The position numbers and the translations under genes are program-made. From NCBI RefSeq assembly GCF_009914755.1, contig NC_060934.1: a DNA stretch of 64,000 bases; one strand, written 5' to 3'. Below the pieces are notes generated by a model. That model did not search any database. It saw only the letters and a program-made list of their open reading frames with translations, and was not told the DNA's origin. Position 1 is the first letter of the stretch; the number at the start of each line of letters is the position of its first letter. The stretch comes from the human T2T-CHM13v2.0 reference genome, Homo sapiens. Below, one piece after another: positions 1 through 13,900 of the stretch.

Positions 1-747
1 CCTCTGAATACATCTATGCTGCTATTGATTCTGCACCTCGTTCATTATTGAGAGACAGTAAAAGGGAACTTGCTTTACAGATTTTTAATTCAAGATTTCC
101 TTTCCTTTGGAGTTTTAAGTTTGGAAGCATATGCACCTCTGTACCAGGGGAAGAAAGAGAGAGTGCTGGTCAACCTGCCTATGAGTATTGCGTGTGTCTA
201 TAGAACAGCTTGCTGAGGAGGGGCTTTAAAGAGACTGATGCTCATGGGGATAAGAGGAACAGACATTACTTAGGCCCCTTCCTCTCTGCAGGCCTGGAAG
301 CATTTAACACGTGGTCAGCCTCAGCAAGAACCAAGCATATTCTTACTGGGATTGCAGGCACGCAGTTGATAACATAAGCTCAGCCCTTGATCTGATTGAG
401 AAATTGAAAAAAAATAAGAGCAAGGCTGATGAGAGACCAAAATATGACCCTTAATAAGGCTGCTAGTGGAGGATGTGACTTATCTTGGGTGAGTGGACTC
501 CCTGGTATGGAAGTGCCTTCACACCCAATCGGAGCCAGGCTGGTCTGGGGTAGGCCTCCCCATGAGGCGGTGCTCCTGTAAAACTGGAAACTCTTATGTC
601 CTGGACCCGCTTAGATAAATAGGTGCTTTTTGCAGGCCGGTAGTTCCACATAAAAAAACCAGGAAGAGAGCTGGCTGCATGAGGTCACTTTTTTCCTCTG
701 CATTTATCCACAACAGCAATTTCTGCACCTCAGCAGGCCTTGGCCAG

Positions 748-1290
748 AAGGGATGGTCTCATGGACACTGGCCAGTGTGGTCACCCAGGCCCTGTGCTCA
801 GGAAGTCCCCACACTTAGGGCATCAGGGTCTGCAGGTATTGTGTTGAATTTTGTGATAATTTCATGTTGGAACTTTTGTTTTGTAAGGGCAGTTCCATGG
901 ACACTGGAGCATGTCCTGGGCTCAGAGCCTCAGCTCACATGTGGTAACCACTCCTGCTACCTTCCTGCCTCCTGGAATGGGCTCTCAGGTGCCCATACAC
1001 AAGCACCCTGATCCCCAAGGCCCACTCTCAAAGTGTCCCATCCCCCAGTGACTGATGCAATCTCCTGGCCATGGCATCTCTGGTGGGGCATGGCAATGTG
1101 AGTCCTTTCCCTGGATGGGGTTTGCTAGGGTGTGTTTTGGGATCAAGCATATAGGAATGATCCTCTAATCATCCTGAGCCCCAGCCCTCTTACGAATCTT
1201 TGAAGGGTGCTTGTCATTGTGGCTTGGGGTGATGCCCATAGGAATGGGGGGGCATGTGGCTCTACTCCCCTGGGCCCTTTGGCGATGTTG
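748..1290 (+). mobile_element. MER45B/C-like hAT-Tip100 DNA transposon fragment
   Basis: Matches recalled MER45 5' and internal segments (ttgttttgtaagggcagttccatgg..gagcctcagctcac; ggcatctctggtggggcatggc). Confidence 0.7.
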
Positions 1291-1299
1291 CCCATGAGC

Positions 1300-1479
1300 C
1301 CTTGCCCTCCACTGTGCCCTCACAAACCCCAGCCAAGAACACCTTAGGAAGACAAATTTAAGGCTCTCCTCCCATTTCCTCGCTTGCCACCCTGAAATCA
1401 TTAAACTCGTTCTTTGCTGCAGTCCTTGCTGTCTCAGTGTTGGACTGTTACTGCATGCACACCTACTGGTTCTATGACA
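1300..1479 (+). mobile_element. ERV1-class LTR 3' fragment
   Basis: attaaac..gctgtctcagtgttgg..ctatgaca: R/U5-like segment ending in CA. Confidence 0.55.
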
Positions 1480-2391
1480 GAGCCAGAGATGATCATGAGA
1501 TTCTGACTTCTCTGGAAATATGAAGAAATTCAGGAAATAGCAGTGAACTGTCTACCCGACCTGAACTTAAGGGTTAAGCCAATTTTTCTAGGCTGTTGTT
1601 GATGTTTGGATTGCAGATAAAGTGAAATATATCCAGCAGATGCATATTGCTATTCAAGTGGGGAATCAAGAAGAGCTGATCAATCTTTAAGTTGTGACAT
1701 GAACGGGCCCACTAGTGGGGAGCCACACGGGCTTTGGACTAGCCTCTGCTCTTCCTGTGTGAGCCATTTGGGAGGTATCTGCTGAGGTCCCCAGTGAGAC
1801 TTGCATCTGCTGGGCCCAGCACCCTTGTTTTCCTCAGTCCCCACCCCAGCCTGTGCTGAGTGTTGGTGTCCTGTGCTCAGCGTTCTGCTCTTGCAGCCTG
1901 GCACATCTCAGTTAGGTGCCTCATCCTGTGGAAAAGGCTCCATCAGCTTAAGTGACCTCCCAAATTGGAAATTTCATTTGGCCAATACTGATGGGTGGCA
2001 GCCCAGGTCACAAGACTTAGAGCCTAATGCAGCAAGGCCCAGTCCAATCAGTTAACTGCCAAGGAGACCCATAGCTCTTGTCCCCAAAGCTTGCAGCCAC
2101 ATGTCCTGGCCAAGCCAAAACACCTCCCTCTCTTTCTTTTGTGTCTAGAATCTGATGTCTTCTTTATTTCTAAAAGCTCTTTGCCAGTGCACTCAGATTT
2201 TGTAGCATGGAATTGAAATTGCATAAATCAGGGAGACCTGAAACAGCACCAGCTCTTCTGAAGCACAGTGTAACACAGAGAGCAGAGCACAGCCCCTGGT
2301 GAGCATCCAGCTCCTGGGAGAAAGGAAAGGACTCTCACTTCTCTCCTCTTCTTTCCTGAAGGTGGAAGGGGCAGGGCGGGGAGATGAGGGT

Positions 2392-2967
2392 TGCAGTTGT
2401 GAAATGTTTTGCATCAACTCCCCAGCCATGGTGCCCAGGTACATGGTTAAATGACATTCTGCATTTGCCTGTGAAGGCGTTTTCACATGAGACTCACATT
2501 AAAGTTGGTGGACTTTGAGTAAAGCACATTGCCCTACCTAATGCTGTGGGCTTCATCCAACAGAAAGAAAGGCTGATCGTCCCCTGAGTGAACAAGAAGG
2601 AATTCTGCAAGCACACAGTCTTCAGACTCAAACTGCAACCTCAGTGCTTTCCTGGGTCTCCAGTCTACTGGCCCACCTTGTAGATTCTGAACTTCTCAGC
2701 CTCTATAGCCTCTATAGTCATATGAGCTAATTCCTTAAAATGTATAAACCTCTTTACACACACACACACGCACACATATATTACATATATACATACATAT
2801 GTAATATATATGTAATATATATGTATATATATGTATTACATATATAAGTATTTAAAAATGTGTAGGAGGTGGATATATGTAATATATAGTATATATATAC
2901 ACACATATATACACAATAAACACACATATATAGCATATCCTATAAGTTCTGCTTCTCTGACTAATAT
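2392..2967 (+). mobile_element. MLT2D-like ERVL solo LTR with internal (CA)n/(TA)n expansion at 2755-2935
   Basis: gccatggtgcccag..ggtggactttgagtaaagca..tgagctaattccttaaaa..gactaata follows the MLT2 consensus. Confidence 0.85.
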
Positions 2968-3479
2968 GAGAGGGCAGGGCTGTTAAGCTAATGCATCTCC
3001 CTGCACATTGAGAGAGAAGTTCCGTCTCCTTGCACTCCTGCTCCTCTAGGAGAAAGTGTCCACATCCAGGATTGTCAACTTCTTCAAAACCAAGCAAATC
3101 AGAAGAAAAAGCAACAAAAGACAAGCCAGAATAAACCCAAAAACTGATGAAAAAGCTCACTGTCTTACTTATCATCAAACAGTATTAATACATGGGAAAG
3201 AAACACATAGATTTCCCACAGTTTTTCTAATAAAAAGAATAAGATGATCATTCTGTAGTTTTTAACATGCCTAAACATGAGGTCTGTAATACTTTGGATG
3301 AAGGGAACTACTAATACCTTTCCACAGACCTCAAGTAGGGTGACTATAGCTCATTTGGTATCATCACTTAAAAATACATATGATTACTGAGCCAATAATA
3401 TATTATAAAATATTATATTAAAATAAAATATTCTAAAAATATAAGATTAGTGGTCTGCGAAGGGCTCACCCTGCTTTCT

Positions 3480-4082
3480 TCAGTCCATTCCAGACCACCC
3501 TCATCTCCATCCAATCTCCATTTCCTCTGGCCTCACCCGTGCATCAAGCATCTAGCTGGCACCAATGAGCGCAGCCTCGACCCCCTAATTCAGCCATCCC
3601 ATAATTAGCTTTGTGGTCTTTCCAAACCATGATTCTTGCCACACAGCTTCATGCAGCCCTGACCCCATGCTAGGAGTCTCCAGTGCCTTCAGGATGGAAA
3701 CCCTAAATCTTTAGCAGATGTCCAAGTCCTGCCTTCTAGTCACTATCAGTTCCCAGTGGGACCCTCCACTCTCCTTTCTCACCATTTGCCACCTTGAATT
3801 TTATGCCCCAGCCACTTGGAACTGTGAACTGCTGCCTTAAATAAGTGTGTTTTTGATGAGTTCACACCTTCTCCGATGCTGAATTTCCTCCTTGATATTC
3901 CCATCCACCTCCTACACATTTTTAAAGCTACCTCCACATATCACTGCCTTCAGGAAATTATCTTCCCAGTCTGGATTAGTTGCACATTTTTGAATCTCTG
4001 TATCCCCAACACCTAGCACAGCACAGTGAATATAAAACTATAAAAGACACACAAAGATGTTTACTAAATTATTTGATGAATA
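3480..4082 (+). mobile_element. L2 LINE 3' portion
   Basis: ctctgtatccccaacacctagcacag..tgatgaat, typical L2 3' end. Confidence 0.65.
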
Positions 4083-4519
4083 GAATTAGAATAATTTTAT
4101 TCTGCATGGTTCAATACAAAGAAAAAATTAATTATTTGATTTAGAATTACCTATTAACCAACAAGACATTTTTAGCTTCTTTAAATATAATTTGATATCG
4201 TTCCACTTATCTGAGTATTTCTCTGCGTAATGGAAATAATTATTATTGAATAGGAAAAAAAACTGCCTTGGCGCTTACATTTGTCCTGGAAAAAATAGCA
4301 TTTCAAGAACCATTATTCATATTGTACCATAAAATTACTATAAATGCAAGTCTTGTTCAGTAAAAAAAGCAACTCTATTTAAAGAAAAATAAAAATAGCT
4401 GTTGTTTTGGAACTGTCTCACCTGCCCAGGAAAATAGAACTTCTCTCTCTAAGCACCATCCTTCATAACTGTTGTCAGATCAGTCTTTAAAGGTTAGATT
4501 TTTAGAAAGCAGACATCTT

Positions 4520-4983
4520 TTTTGTTTGTTTTTCTTTTTAAAATAATATTTATTTTATTATTTACATAGCTTTAGGGGTACAAGGGCCATTTGGTTACAC
4601 AGATGAATTGTATAGTGGTAAAGTCTGAAATTTTAGTGCATATACCACTGTCACCCTAGTGGTATATACTGTACCCAATATGTAGTTTTTCTCCCTAACC
4701 CCCGCCCTCCACGCTTCTGGGTCTCCAATGTTCATTAACCACCCCGTATGCCCTTGCATGCCCATGGCTTAGCTCCCATGCAGTGTTTGGTTTTCCTTTC
4801 CCAAGTTACTTCATTTAGAAAAATAGCCTCCAGTTCCCTCCAAGTTACTGCAGAAGACATCATTTCATTCTTTTTTTATAACTGAATAGTATCCATAGTG
4901 TGTATGTACCATATTTTCGTTACCGCTCATCAGTGGATCGCCGATTAGGTTGGTTCCCTATCTTTGCAATTGTGAATTGTGCA
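4520..4983 (-). mobile_element. L1PB-like 5'-truncated 3' end with TSD
   Basis: Poly-T tail plus L1PB 3'UTR; TSD aaagcagacatctt (4506-4519) / aaagcaggcatctt (4984-4997). Confidence 0.85.
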
Positions 4984-7019
4984 AAAGCAGGCATCTTAAA
5001 GGCAATACATGCAGTGAGCGTCTACCCCAGGTCACAACTGCTAAACAAAAAACTCTAGTGTGTGAGTTAAGAGACTCAGTTTTCATGCCTGATCAGCTTT
5101 GTGACACTGGAGAAGTCTCCTGCTTCCTACGTTAGGCGAGGAAACTGAGATGGGGTCGAATATAAGGTCTTCTCTGGAAAGATGTGTAAGATTTCCTGAC
5201 TTTGGAAAACCTGCTTTGTTTTCTCCAGAATGAGATGTGGTAACCCATAGCAATGAACAACAAAATAACAAGTGGGAAGGGGCCTAATGTTAGAGAGACT
5301 TCTGCGTTTGTTGATTCAAAGCTTGGGAAATCTGTACTACTACTGCACTCCAGTAACAGAAATCAGCTGATTCATATGCACCTATTTATCCTGAAATCTA
5401 AAAGACACGAAACCATTAGAAACACTTTATTCACCATATAGCTCACAAGAAAGCTCAACAGATCGTCTTACTTTTTCTGTTCTCTTATTGAGACTCATGT
5501 TTACCATTAGCAGATTATCCAATTATGTTGTTTTAGGCAATATTTATTGCCAGCTATACATAAGTACTGTGAGGCAATCTGATAACAAAGCTAATAATAA
5601 GAAGGAGAATTTACCTTCCAGGGCCCCATAGTCTAGGGCTGGGGGTAGACAATACCTGACCTGAACTTGAGAGGGATGCATCCCTATATTTTATAATCTA
5701 TTGTCTGGCCACTTATTACTTTAAGACTGTTGCAAAGAAACTAGAGGCATTTGACAATTTCTGTAAAATATTGCTATCAGATAGTGTTAGGTGAATACTC
5801 ACAGGCCATCATGAGCAAGAGTCCACACAGTCAACTCCCTGCAACCCACAGGTGGCAGCTGCCATCACCTGTTCACCCTAAATTTAAGGGTAGTGCATTC
5901 CACACCTGTAACTTTTGCTTCCTTGACATTTAGAGTTTTCTAAATATAAGAGTAAACCAAATATTTTTTGTTTACAAGATTAATAGTTTTTAAACATGTT
6001 TTGTGAAAATTGAGGAGAGATTTGGGAAGACAGATGTGTATATTCTCAGTATGTTTTAGCCTCCTGAGCCCCCAAGCATGAATATATGAGGCTTCAAAGA
6101 GAAGAAAAATGAGAACGTGTCTTTTATCTTTGCTAATATTCAATTAAGTAGATCAAGTGAATCTTGAATCTTTAAGTATATACGATGCTAATATTTTAAT
6201 TTCTTTCAACACATTTATTCTTGATCTTGGATTCCTGTGAGGACTTAAAGAAAACCAGTGACACTCACTCACTCAGACTTGGAACCACCTAAGAGATAAA
6301 TGCAGAGGTTTGGTAGAGGGAGATAAAAATATCAGCCTTATTACTGCTATGGGGGAAGATATGGCTGAGGACTGCAGTACTAGGGACTTCTGAACAATGA
6401 GCCCTAGAACTAGGAGACCCATCCTCCCAGCCATAGGTGTCTGTGCTACCACCGGGCTCCCTTCCTGGAGCCTGGGGTCTTATTGTAAATGCACAAAAGC
6501 CAAGAGTCAAGAAGAAACAGCTTGCAGAGAGGTGAATCCCAGAGAAAGGAGTGAAGGGATTAACCATGCCTGCCAGCTTCTTCTCTCTGAACTTCCCACT
6601 CAGATAATCCTCTCCCTCTTCCACCAGGGAAGTAACAGAGTGTGGAGGGAGGCCGGGATGCTGGAAACACAAACGCAGGGGAGAGAAGGCTGTTTCTCCT
6701 GCAGCAGTTACTGGCAGCCAAGTCCTGGGCTCTCATTCCAGAGAAGATTTCTCACATTTTCTTCCTGGAATTGCGGTATGCTCCGAAGACATATAGTTAC
6801 TGCAAATAGGTTCAACATGATGCATTTCTATGCAATTTAACAAAGGCCAATGGTATTGTAGTTCAAGTAAATATAATATTGAGCAGAAAGCTAATTCGGA
6901 AAACGTTGCCCAGAAAAAAGGTACCCACACATTTTATTAAGTAAATAACAATCATCCTTAGCTATTACCTGAGATGTGGCATGGGATAATGAGATTTTTT
7001 TTCAGGTTCTAGGACTTGA

Positions 7020-8150
7020 TTATGTAGGTGGATAAATGTCAATATTTTCAGGTGAATGGTAGTGGAGGGAACCATGACTAATTCCATATGATAGATTTTA
7101 GAGTTTCACCTGGGAAGACAAAATAAATAGACTTTTCATAGCTATCGTTGGAACAAAAATACTTAGATGCAAATTTATATACCAAAATAAACTCCAAGTG
7201 GATGAAGGGGTAAAACATTAAAAAGCTAAAGATAGTCTCGATTGGAAGTAATAATGCCTCCAACTTTGAGGTTGACAGAAACGCAGACCAGAACATTTAA
7301 AAATGAAACGAATTTAAAAGTTCAAAATGAAAATGTAAAGCTAAAACACATTTACAAATTTAATGTATACATCTAAAACTAAAATGAATAACAAAGTTAC
7401 AACAAAAACACAAACTAGGAAATATATGTGTACATGTTACAACAGGTAAATTTTAATGTTTATCTTAGTTTCAAAACAAAAAATACAATCAAATCTCCAC
7501 ATGCCATATTTTCAAAAGATATAAAAACAATTCTCACAAGTGAAAATATGACTAGGTAACAAACATTCACAACTTTTTTGACTCTGTGAAAAATACAAAT
7601 TGAACTACCATACTGCATGATTTTATACTCACAAATAAGTAAAGGTTATTTTAATGAATCAATGCTATTCCTGGAAATTGTCATGGCTTATAGAGTTTTG
7701 CTTCTAAAAATAATGCATGAAACCATTGTTCTGTCCAAAAAGCTTGTCATACCTGTTTGTTTTGATGATTTCATGTTAAGAAACATAGACTAGATATGAA
7801 GTGCATGATGACAGTTCGGAGCAGGAGTTCTGGAGCCAGACCACCTGGATTCAAATTTTAGTTCTATTATTCACAAACTATAAATAGCTAAGAAGTAAAA
7901 TGTTTACTGAACAATAATACTTACAGTTGCATACTTACATGACTGAACAATAAAAAAATGACATAGTACTCAACTATGATACAGCCAGTCAAAATAACCA
8001 TTAAAAAGGCATTGTCAAAAAAACTATTATATAATAGCAAATAAAAATAACACATAAAGAAAGACAACATGTATGCACATGATGAGCAGCATGATAGAAA
8101 ATACGTGCACATTTATAAGGTATTATTTTAACTGGTATGAATTTTTAGCA
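7020..8150 (+). mobile_element. Old L1M(E) fragment with a MIR piece at ~7800-7880
   Basis: ataccaaaataaactccaagtggat and other L1 ORF2/3' motifs; ttctggagccagaccacctggattcaaat is MIR. Confidence 0.55.
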
Positions 8151-9232
8151 ATTTGTAATTAGGATCTCTAGAAGAGTTTGTTACCAAAATATAAGTTATA
8201 AAGAATTATATGTTGCAGACAAATCAGCCATTTATTTAACCACTATTGGATACTTGCTAGTTCACACACTGCTTGCTACTAAGAATGCAAAATTGACTGT
8301 TGCCTTTAAAAGAAGATAGATGAGCAAACAAAATGCAATACCATCACATTTTTAAGTAGGCGCTTTTTGTGGGGACAAAGTGGATCAGGAAACTGAGAGA
8401 TGAATTCAAGGGTGAGGATTCATGAGTGACAGAACCTAAGTGGACATGACATCATTGAGATGAATGTGAATGCAAATGGAATGCCCGGTCCTTTTCAGGA
8501 CAAATAAAGACATTAAAGAAAAATGGAAAGGAATTCCAGAAAATTGTGAAAGAGAGAGATAGAGAATAAAAGTTTTTATTTTTAAAGTGTCTAATTATAC
8601 CTGGATGATTTATTCTTTCTAAAATCAACAGAAATTTTGTATCATACTTAATACAGTAACTAGTGCTGTTAGTAAAATGTTGTGATGCACCCCATACTGG
8701 GAATGAAATGGTGAAGCAATAAAATTCTGGAGCTTCTTCGAGCAGATGTATTGTTGTTAAGCAGGAAGTTTAGTGGGACTATATTTCTGTTCACTAGGAT
8801 ATTTGTCTTCATCTTGGATTTATAGTGGAGAAACAGAAAAGATGACAGACCTAGAACATCCAATAGGCAAAATGCTACAGGGCTACTATGCAAAGGGAGA
8901 GACAATATCCTGTGTTAATTAATTACACCACTTCCTACTGCATTTAACAGGAAACACTAGAAAAGTAATACTTTCCAAATACAGTTAATGAAGAACCAGC
9001 ATTTAAAATCTGAACTTTGCACACTTTGCAAATGTAGTCACAGAATTTACCATTTTTTGTATATTATGACAAAGTTCTTTTTACAGAGAAATACACACCA
9101 ACGTGAGACAAAAAGAACTGGAGTCTGGTGAGATAGAGAAGAACTAGAGAGTACACACAGAACATAAATAGGACATGTGTGGTACAAGAAGAGGAGAAGT
9201 CAAGATTCAGCTGGACAGAGGCTCCCTGAGTC

Positions 9233-9513
9233 AGCATTTCCAATGGTTTGTTTCATGTTTATCCAGTCTCTATGGTGTTTTATACAGGTTTTGTTGAAAA
9301 GAGCCATGTGGGCAAGTTAAGTTGAAAAATTTGGATTAAGCAAATGTGATCAGGTTCCTTTATTCTTCTTAGTGCTCTGTGCTAATACATATGGAACCCA
9401 ATGGGAGGGGAAGACAGAGGTGGGAGGATGTCCCAACTTATTTCAACACAAACCCCATTTTTTATAGAGCAGCCGGTGAGATTAGTACTTCATAAAACAC
9501 ACTTGAGAACATC
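9233..9513 (-). mobile_element. Charlie4a-like hAT element
   Basis: Decayed TIRs cagcatttcc / cacacttgagaac and internal cccaacttatttcaacac repeat. Confidence 0.6.
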
Positions 9514-9735
9514 TTATCAAGAAAAACTAAAAGTTTATATGAATTCTTACAGAGGTGGAATTGAATGTTATCACTAGAATTTTGCGATTTTTAATTTGTT
9601 ATATGGTTCAGTAAACAAAAAAATGATAATAAAATTTCAGAGTATCTATTTGAACAAGGTTGTCCCTACTGAAACACTCCAGTCAATGCCCCCACTGGCA
9701 GAATAGGCAAAGCAGTAAATCTGCAGCACACATTT

Positions 9736-10180
9736 TGTTACTGAAACACCAGGGTTCAGTCGAGGTCCTGCTGCTGGCGACACAGAAAGCCAATCACTGA
9801 GACAACATGTACTCCAGGGAAGAAGGCTTTAATCAGTCTCTCCAGCCAAGGAGATGGGAGCTCAGTCTCAAATCCATCTCCCTGACTGACTAAAATTAGG
9901 GGGTTATATGGCAGGGAAGAAATGTAACCATGTGTGGGAAAACAGTAACTAAGGAGGGGTAAGGAAGCAGTCCTAATGAATGAGGAGCCTAGTGTCTCAT
10001 TGTCTGGATGCCGTGATCTTGTGAGTTTCAGTTCTTTGATACTTTTTGAGAGGCCTGGGGGTCCTCTTCTGAGGAAAGAACTCAGATAAAACAAATGTAA
10101 GTTTTAAGCTTTAAGGCCAGAAGGGGCAATTCCTATCTTTATCCAAAAAAGCTATCTATGGGACTATTGGGTCAGTTTCA
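9736..10180 (-). mobile_element. ERV1 solo LTR (MER66-like), complete
   Basis: tgttac..tttca termini with 4-bp TSD attt on both sides. Confidence 0.85.
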
Positions 10181-11239
10181 ATTTGAGAACAGCACCTCAA
10201 GAAAGGGCCACATCTTACACTGTGTTCACTTGTGCACAGTCTCATTGTGAGTTGTAGTTTTGCATATAGGACATTTCAATAAAATGGAAACACACAATTA
10301 TGGGTACCCTACACGTGGAGCATGAGGTCACAGCCCAGCAACTCCATCTGGGGCCATTTCACCCAAGCTGCAAATATAGTGTCTAGAAAAGCTATTAGTG
10401 TCGAGAATGTTGACCTTACAAACCAGTTATTTAAAGTGATCATAGTTTGCAGAAAAGATTACCTTCTGAAAGAGGTAAGAGACCCCAATCAATATAATCT
10501 GAGTATCTTAAGTAAAATTAGGAAAATATCTCAGAAATTATTGTTGGGAAACTTGATGTGGTTGTTATGCAAGCAATCCAGGAAAAAAACAACCAAACAC
10601 ACACAGACTAACAAATAAACCCTCCCTATTCATTGTCAGGCCCAGTGTAAGCCATCAGCTAGGATATGTTGTTTTGCTGATGGTGAGGTCACAGGGCAAA
10701 AAGAACATGAGATCATTCAGTAAACAAGACCAACTGGAAAACTAGTTTTGCATCCCCATGCCCAACCACCCATCAGTCACATGCTTACATTTAGGTATGT
10801 TAGCTAACTACATCTCTCTACAAAAACCATGCATATTTCACAATCCCCAAATGGGTCACAAAGTCATTCATGGGTCTTATTTTTATCCAGTCTCCCAGGA
10901 GCAAACATCTGGTGCTTATTACTGGGTACAGGCACATTGAATTTGTAGCATAGAAATGTGTCTTAAACACAATTCTAAAATGTTTTCATCATTTATATTT
11001 TAGATAGATTATGAAGATTTCTATTTTATAATCTTTCCACAAATTGTGTGTGTGCTTGTGTGTGTGCAACAGGTTTTTAAAGAAAATCACCCCCATGGCC
11101 TCCTATTTAGTAAAGCAGGGTATAGGTGTGTGTCAACAGTTGAACTATTCTGTGGTTACCCATCACGGGTTATGTCAACATAGTGCGTAAAAATATTATG
11201 GAAGAAGAACACGATACAAGTGTGAGACTAATATGTCCT

Positions 11240-11360
11240 ACTCTGCTAGATTATAAAGTTATAAGGAGTATTTATTAAGTTTTACTTATTTTTGTGTACT
11301 TTTTGTTTCTCCTGAAACATGCATTGAATGAATGAATGAATCAATCAATCAATCAATGAG
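11240..11360 (+). mobile_element. L2 3' tail with (TGAA)n/(TCAA)n
   Basis: ctagattataaag..tgaatgaatgaatg. Confidence 0.5.
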
Positions 11361-12199
11361 TAACAAAGGGAAAAGTTCATTTCCCAGAGGGCATGGTGAG
11401 TCTAGTGATTGGAAACATTCTTCTCTTTATGGAGGGCAAATATCTTATTTTGCCACCATTTTGTCTACAAGGCACCTACACTTCCTGTTTGCAAACCAAA
11501 ATGGGTTGGCAATGAAATTGTCAGAATGCCGTCCAGAGCTGCTGCTCTTGACTTACAGCTAGTGAAGCCCCTCTAAACTCAGTCAAAGTCGGCTTCCTGT
11601 CCCAGGAAATTCAAGGAGGAACTGGTACTGGAGTTAGTGGTCCTCAATTGGGTTTACCTCCATTAATCTGGGCCCAAAGAGTTAACAAATTATTATCATA
11701 AAAGAAGTAGTGAAATAGTCCTACTGAGTAGAAGGTGCATGTCAATTCATGAAGAGTGATTGATGCTGTGAAAGTTAAATAATTTTTTACTGAAATAAGT
11801 ATCTCTCTATTTTTAGCTGTTTGAAAGATAATTTATGAAGTCTTCATCTTTACTTCCCTCTCTTTTCATTAGAAAGCATGAGTTTCTGGCCTGTGGCATT
11901 TAGCTAATGCTTTCATTTGTCATTCAAGAGTAGAAATTTTGTTGAACACTTTTTTTGAAATCCTAGGTTCAATTTTCCTAAACACTTAGCATTATAATCT
12001 GCACGTCTTTTCAAGTTGATGTAAGGTGTGTGTTAATAATGAATGTTAAAAAAGGAAAAGCTCTACCTCCTTAGAGAAGACTTTTTCTAACTGAGGGAAA
12101 GAATGTCTGTGCTTCAGCAAGGGAGTGCCCTGTGCCCTGTGGCATAGCTCTTACATTACAGGCTTTTAATGGTTTTCGGAAGAGTTATGATTTTTCGTG

Positions 12200-13900
12200 A
12201 TTATTAAGGAAATATGTGAAAATAATAGAAATGTAGAAATGGAAATAAAAATATAGAAAACCTACATTAAAAAAAATCCTATACAAACCCATACCTCAGA
12301 GAAAAATAATTTCAATATTTTAGTATACTTCCTGCCTATCATTTCAATATTTCATTTTGAGATTAAACTATGCAATGTACACAGTTCTCTCCTGATTGTT
12401 TCACACAAGATTATATTGAAAGTCTTTGGGTCATTCATTTGAACCTAATTGGAAACATACTTTAGAAATGAGTATGCTATTTAGCTAGTAAATAACCACC
12501 TATTAAACCTGTCCTTGGTTTTTTTAATATTTATGTTGAAGGTAAGTTCTAAATACTTTTGATCATGATTTCATATTTCAGAATGCATTTCTAAAAATAG
12601 AACTACTGAATCAAAGGCCATGGACATTTTTAAGGTCCTTGATACATATTTTTAAAATAATAATCAGAAAGACTGTACTAATTTATATTTCAAATAGCAT
12701 AGTCTAAGAGTCCATCTCATCCTATTACTTCACCTCAAACAATTTTAATCCTCAAAAATTATAAAAAGAAAAATTCACCATATACTATCTTACCATTATT
12801 TGATTATCAATGGATTGGATTTTCTTGTGTTTTATTAGCCATGTATATTCCCTCTTTAGTCAAGTCTGTTAATGTCTTTGCCCATTTTTATTGTCATTGG
12901 GTGTGTGTGCACACTTATACCTGGGCGTGTGTTTGTAGGTGTGTGCCTGTTTCATATTCTCTGCCTTGATTATTGTGTTTTTAATGACCAAAAATATTTA
13001 CATTTTATGCCCTCAAATCTAAAATATTTTATTTTGTAATCTTTGCTTTTAGCTTCTAAGCCTAGCTAAATCCATAACTTGTAGTCATAAATTTGCCCCT
13101 AACTACTTCACTTTCTTCATCCTTTCTCTCTATTATTTTCCTACTTCTTCATTCTTTTCCTTTCGTTTATCTCATCGTGAAATTTGTGTGAAATCCACCT
13201 GGAATTTTGGAAGTGGATTGTGAGGGCACTTATGATAAATTTCACATTTTGTAAGTTGCATTAAGTTAGAAACATTCATTTTTATTAGTTAAGGATTTTT
13301 AGTAAATTATATGACAATTTTAAAATAAATTTCCAAAATTTTACATTTTATCCATAGAAAATATTATCTGGATTTTTCATTTAATTTTATAATTCTAAAG
13401 TCCATAACTGTGATAGTACATAATATAAAACATGCAGTTTTTAAATTTTTCCTAAAAATTTAGGCAGTAAAAAATAATCGAAATATGTTTTTGAGTTGCG
13501 TTCTTTCACCAATGCTTTCCCTTGATTTGTAATGCAATGTTATCATATATTAAATTCTTACAGATAGTTTTGGGGACTCAACTTTGCCACACAATGTCTT
13601 ATGTTCTTTTACCAGATCAACACTAATAAAAGTAGTAGTTATTAGAGGTTAATTGTGTTTTAATATTTAGTGGTAAAATTTCTCTCATTAATCTCTCTTT
13701 TTTTTCAAATATTTCTTACTGCCCATAACGTTTCATTTTCAAATATCCTTTACTATCCATAATGTTTCATGCATCTATCCATGTTTTTATATATCTCGTG
13801 TTGCATAATTTTAGGTAGAATGTCTTTATTGTCAACATTCCTCTAATAAGTTTACTGAAATAAATCTATGTATTTGAAAGGGTGCAAATGTGATAAGAAA
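12200..13900 (-). mobile_element. Old L1ME fragment, interrupted at 13216-13455
   Basis: tctttgcccatttt, aatccacctggaatttt and ttatcatatattaaattc are antisense L1 motifs. Confidence 0.6.
13216..13455 (+). repeat. ~240-bp direct duplicate of 15127-15365
   Basis: Alignment by eye from gattgtgagggcacttatgataaa; ~90% identity. Confidence 0.95.

Noticed and set aside
2264-2292. CACAGTG heptamer as a possible V(D)J signal
   Set aside because: No nonamer at 12- or 23-bp spacing and no V/J segment.
6289-6840. Overlapping 127- and 147-aa ORFs
   Set aside because: No recognisable domain, promoter or splice support; chance openness in a locally GC-richer stretch.
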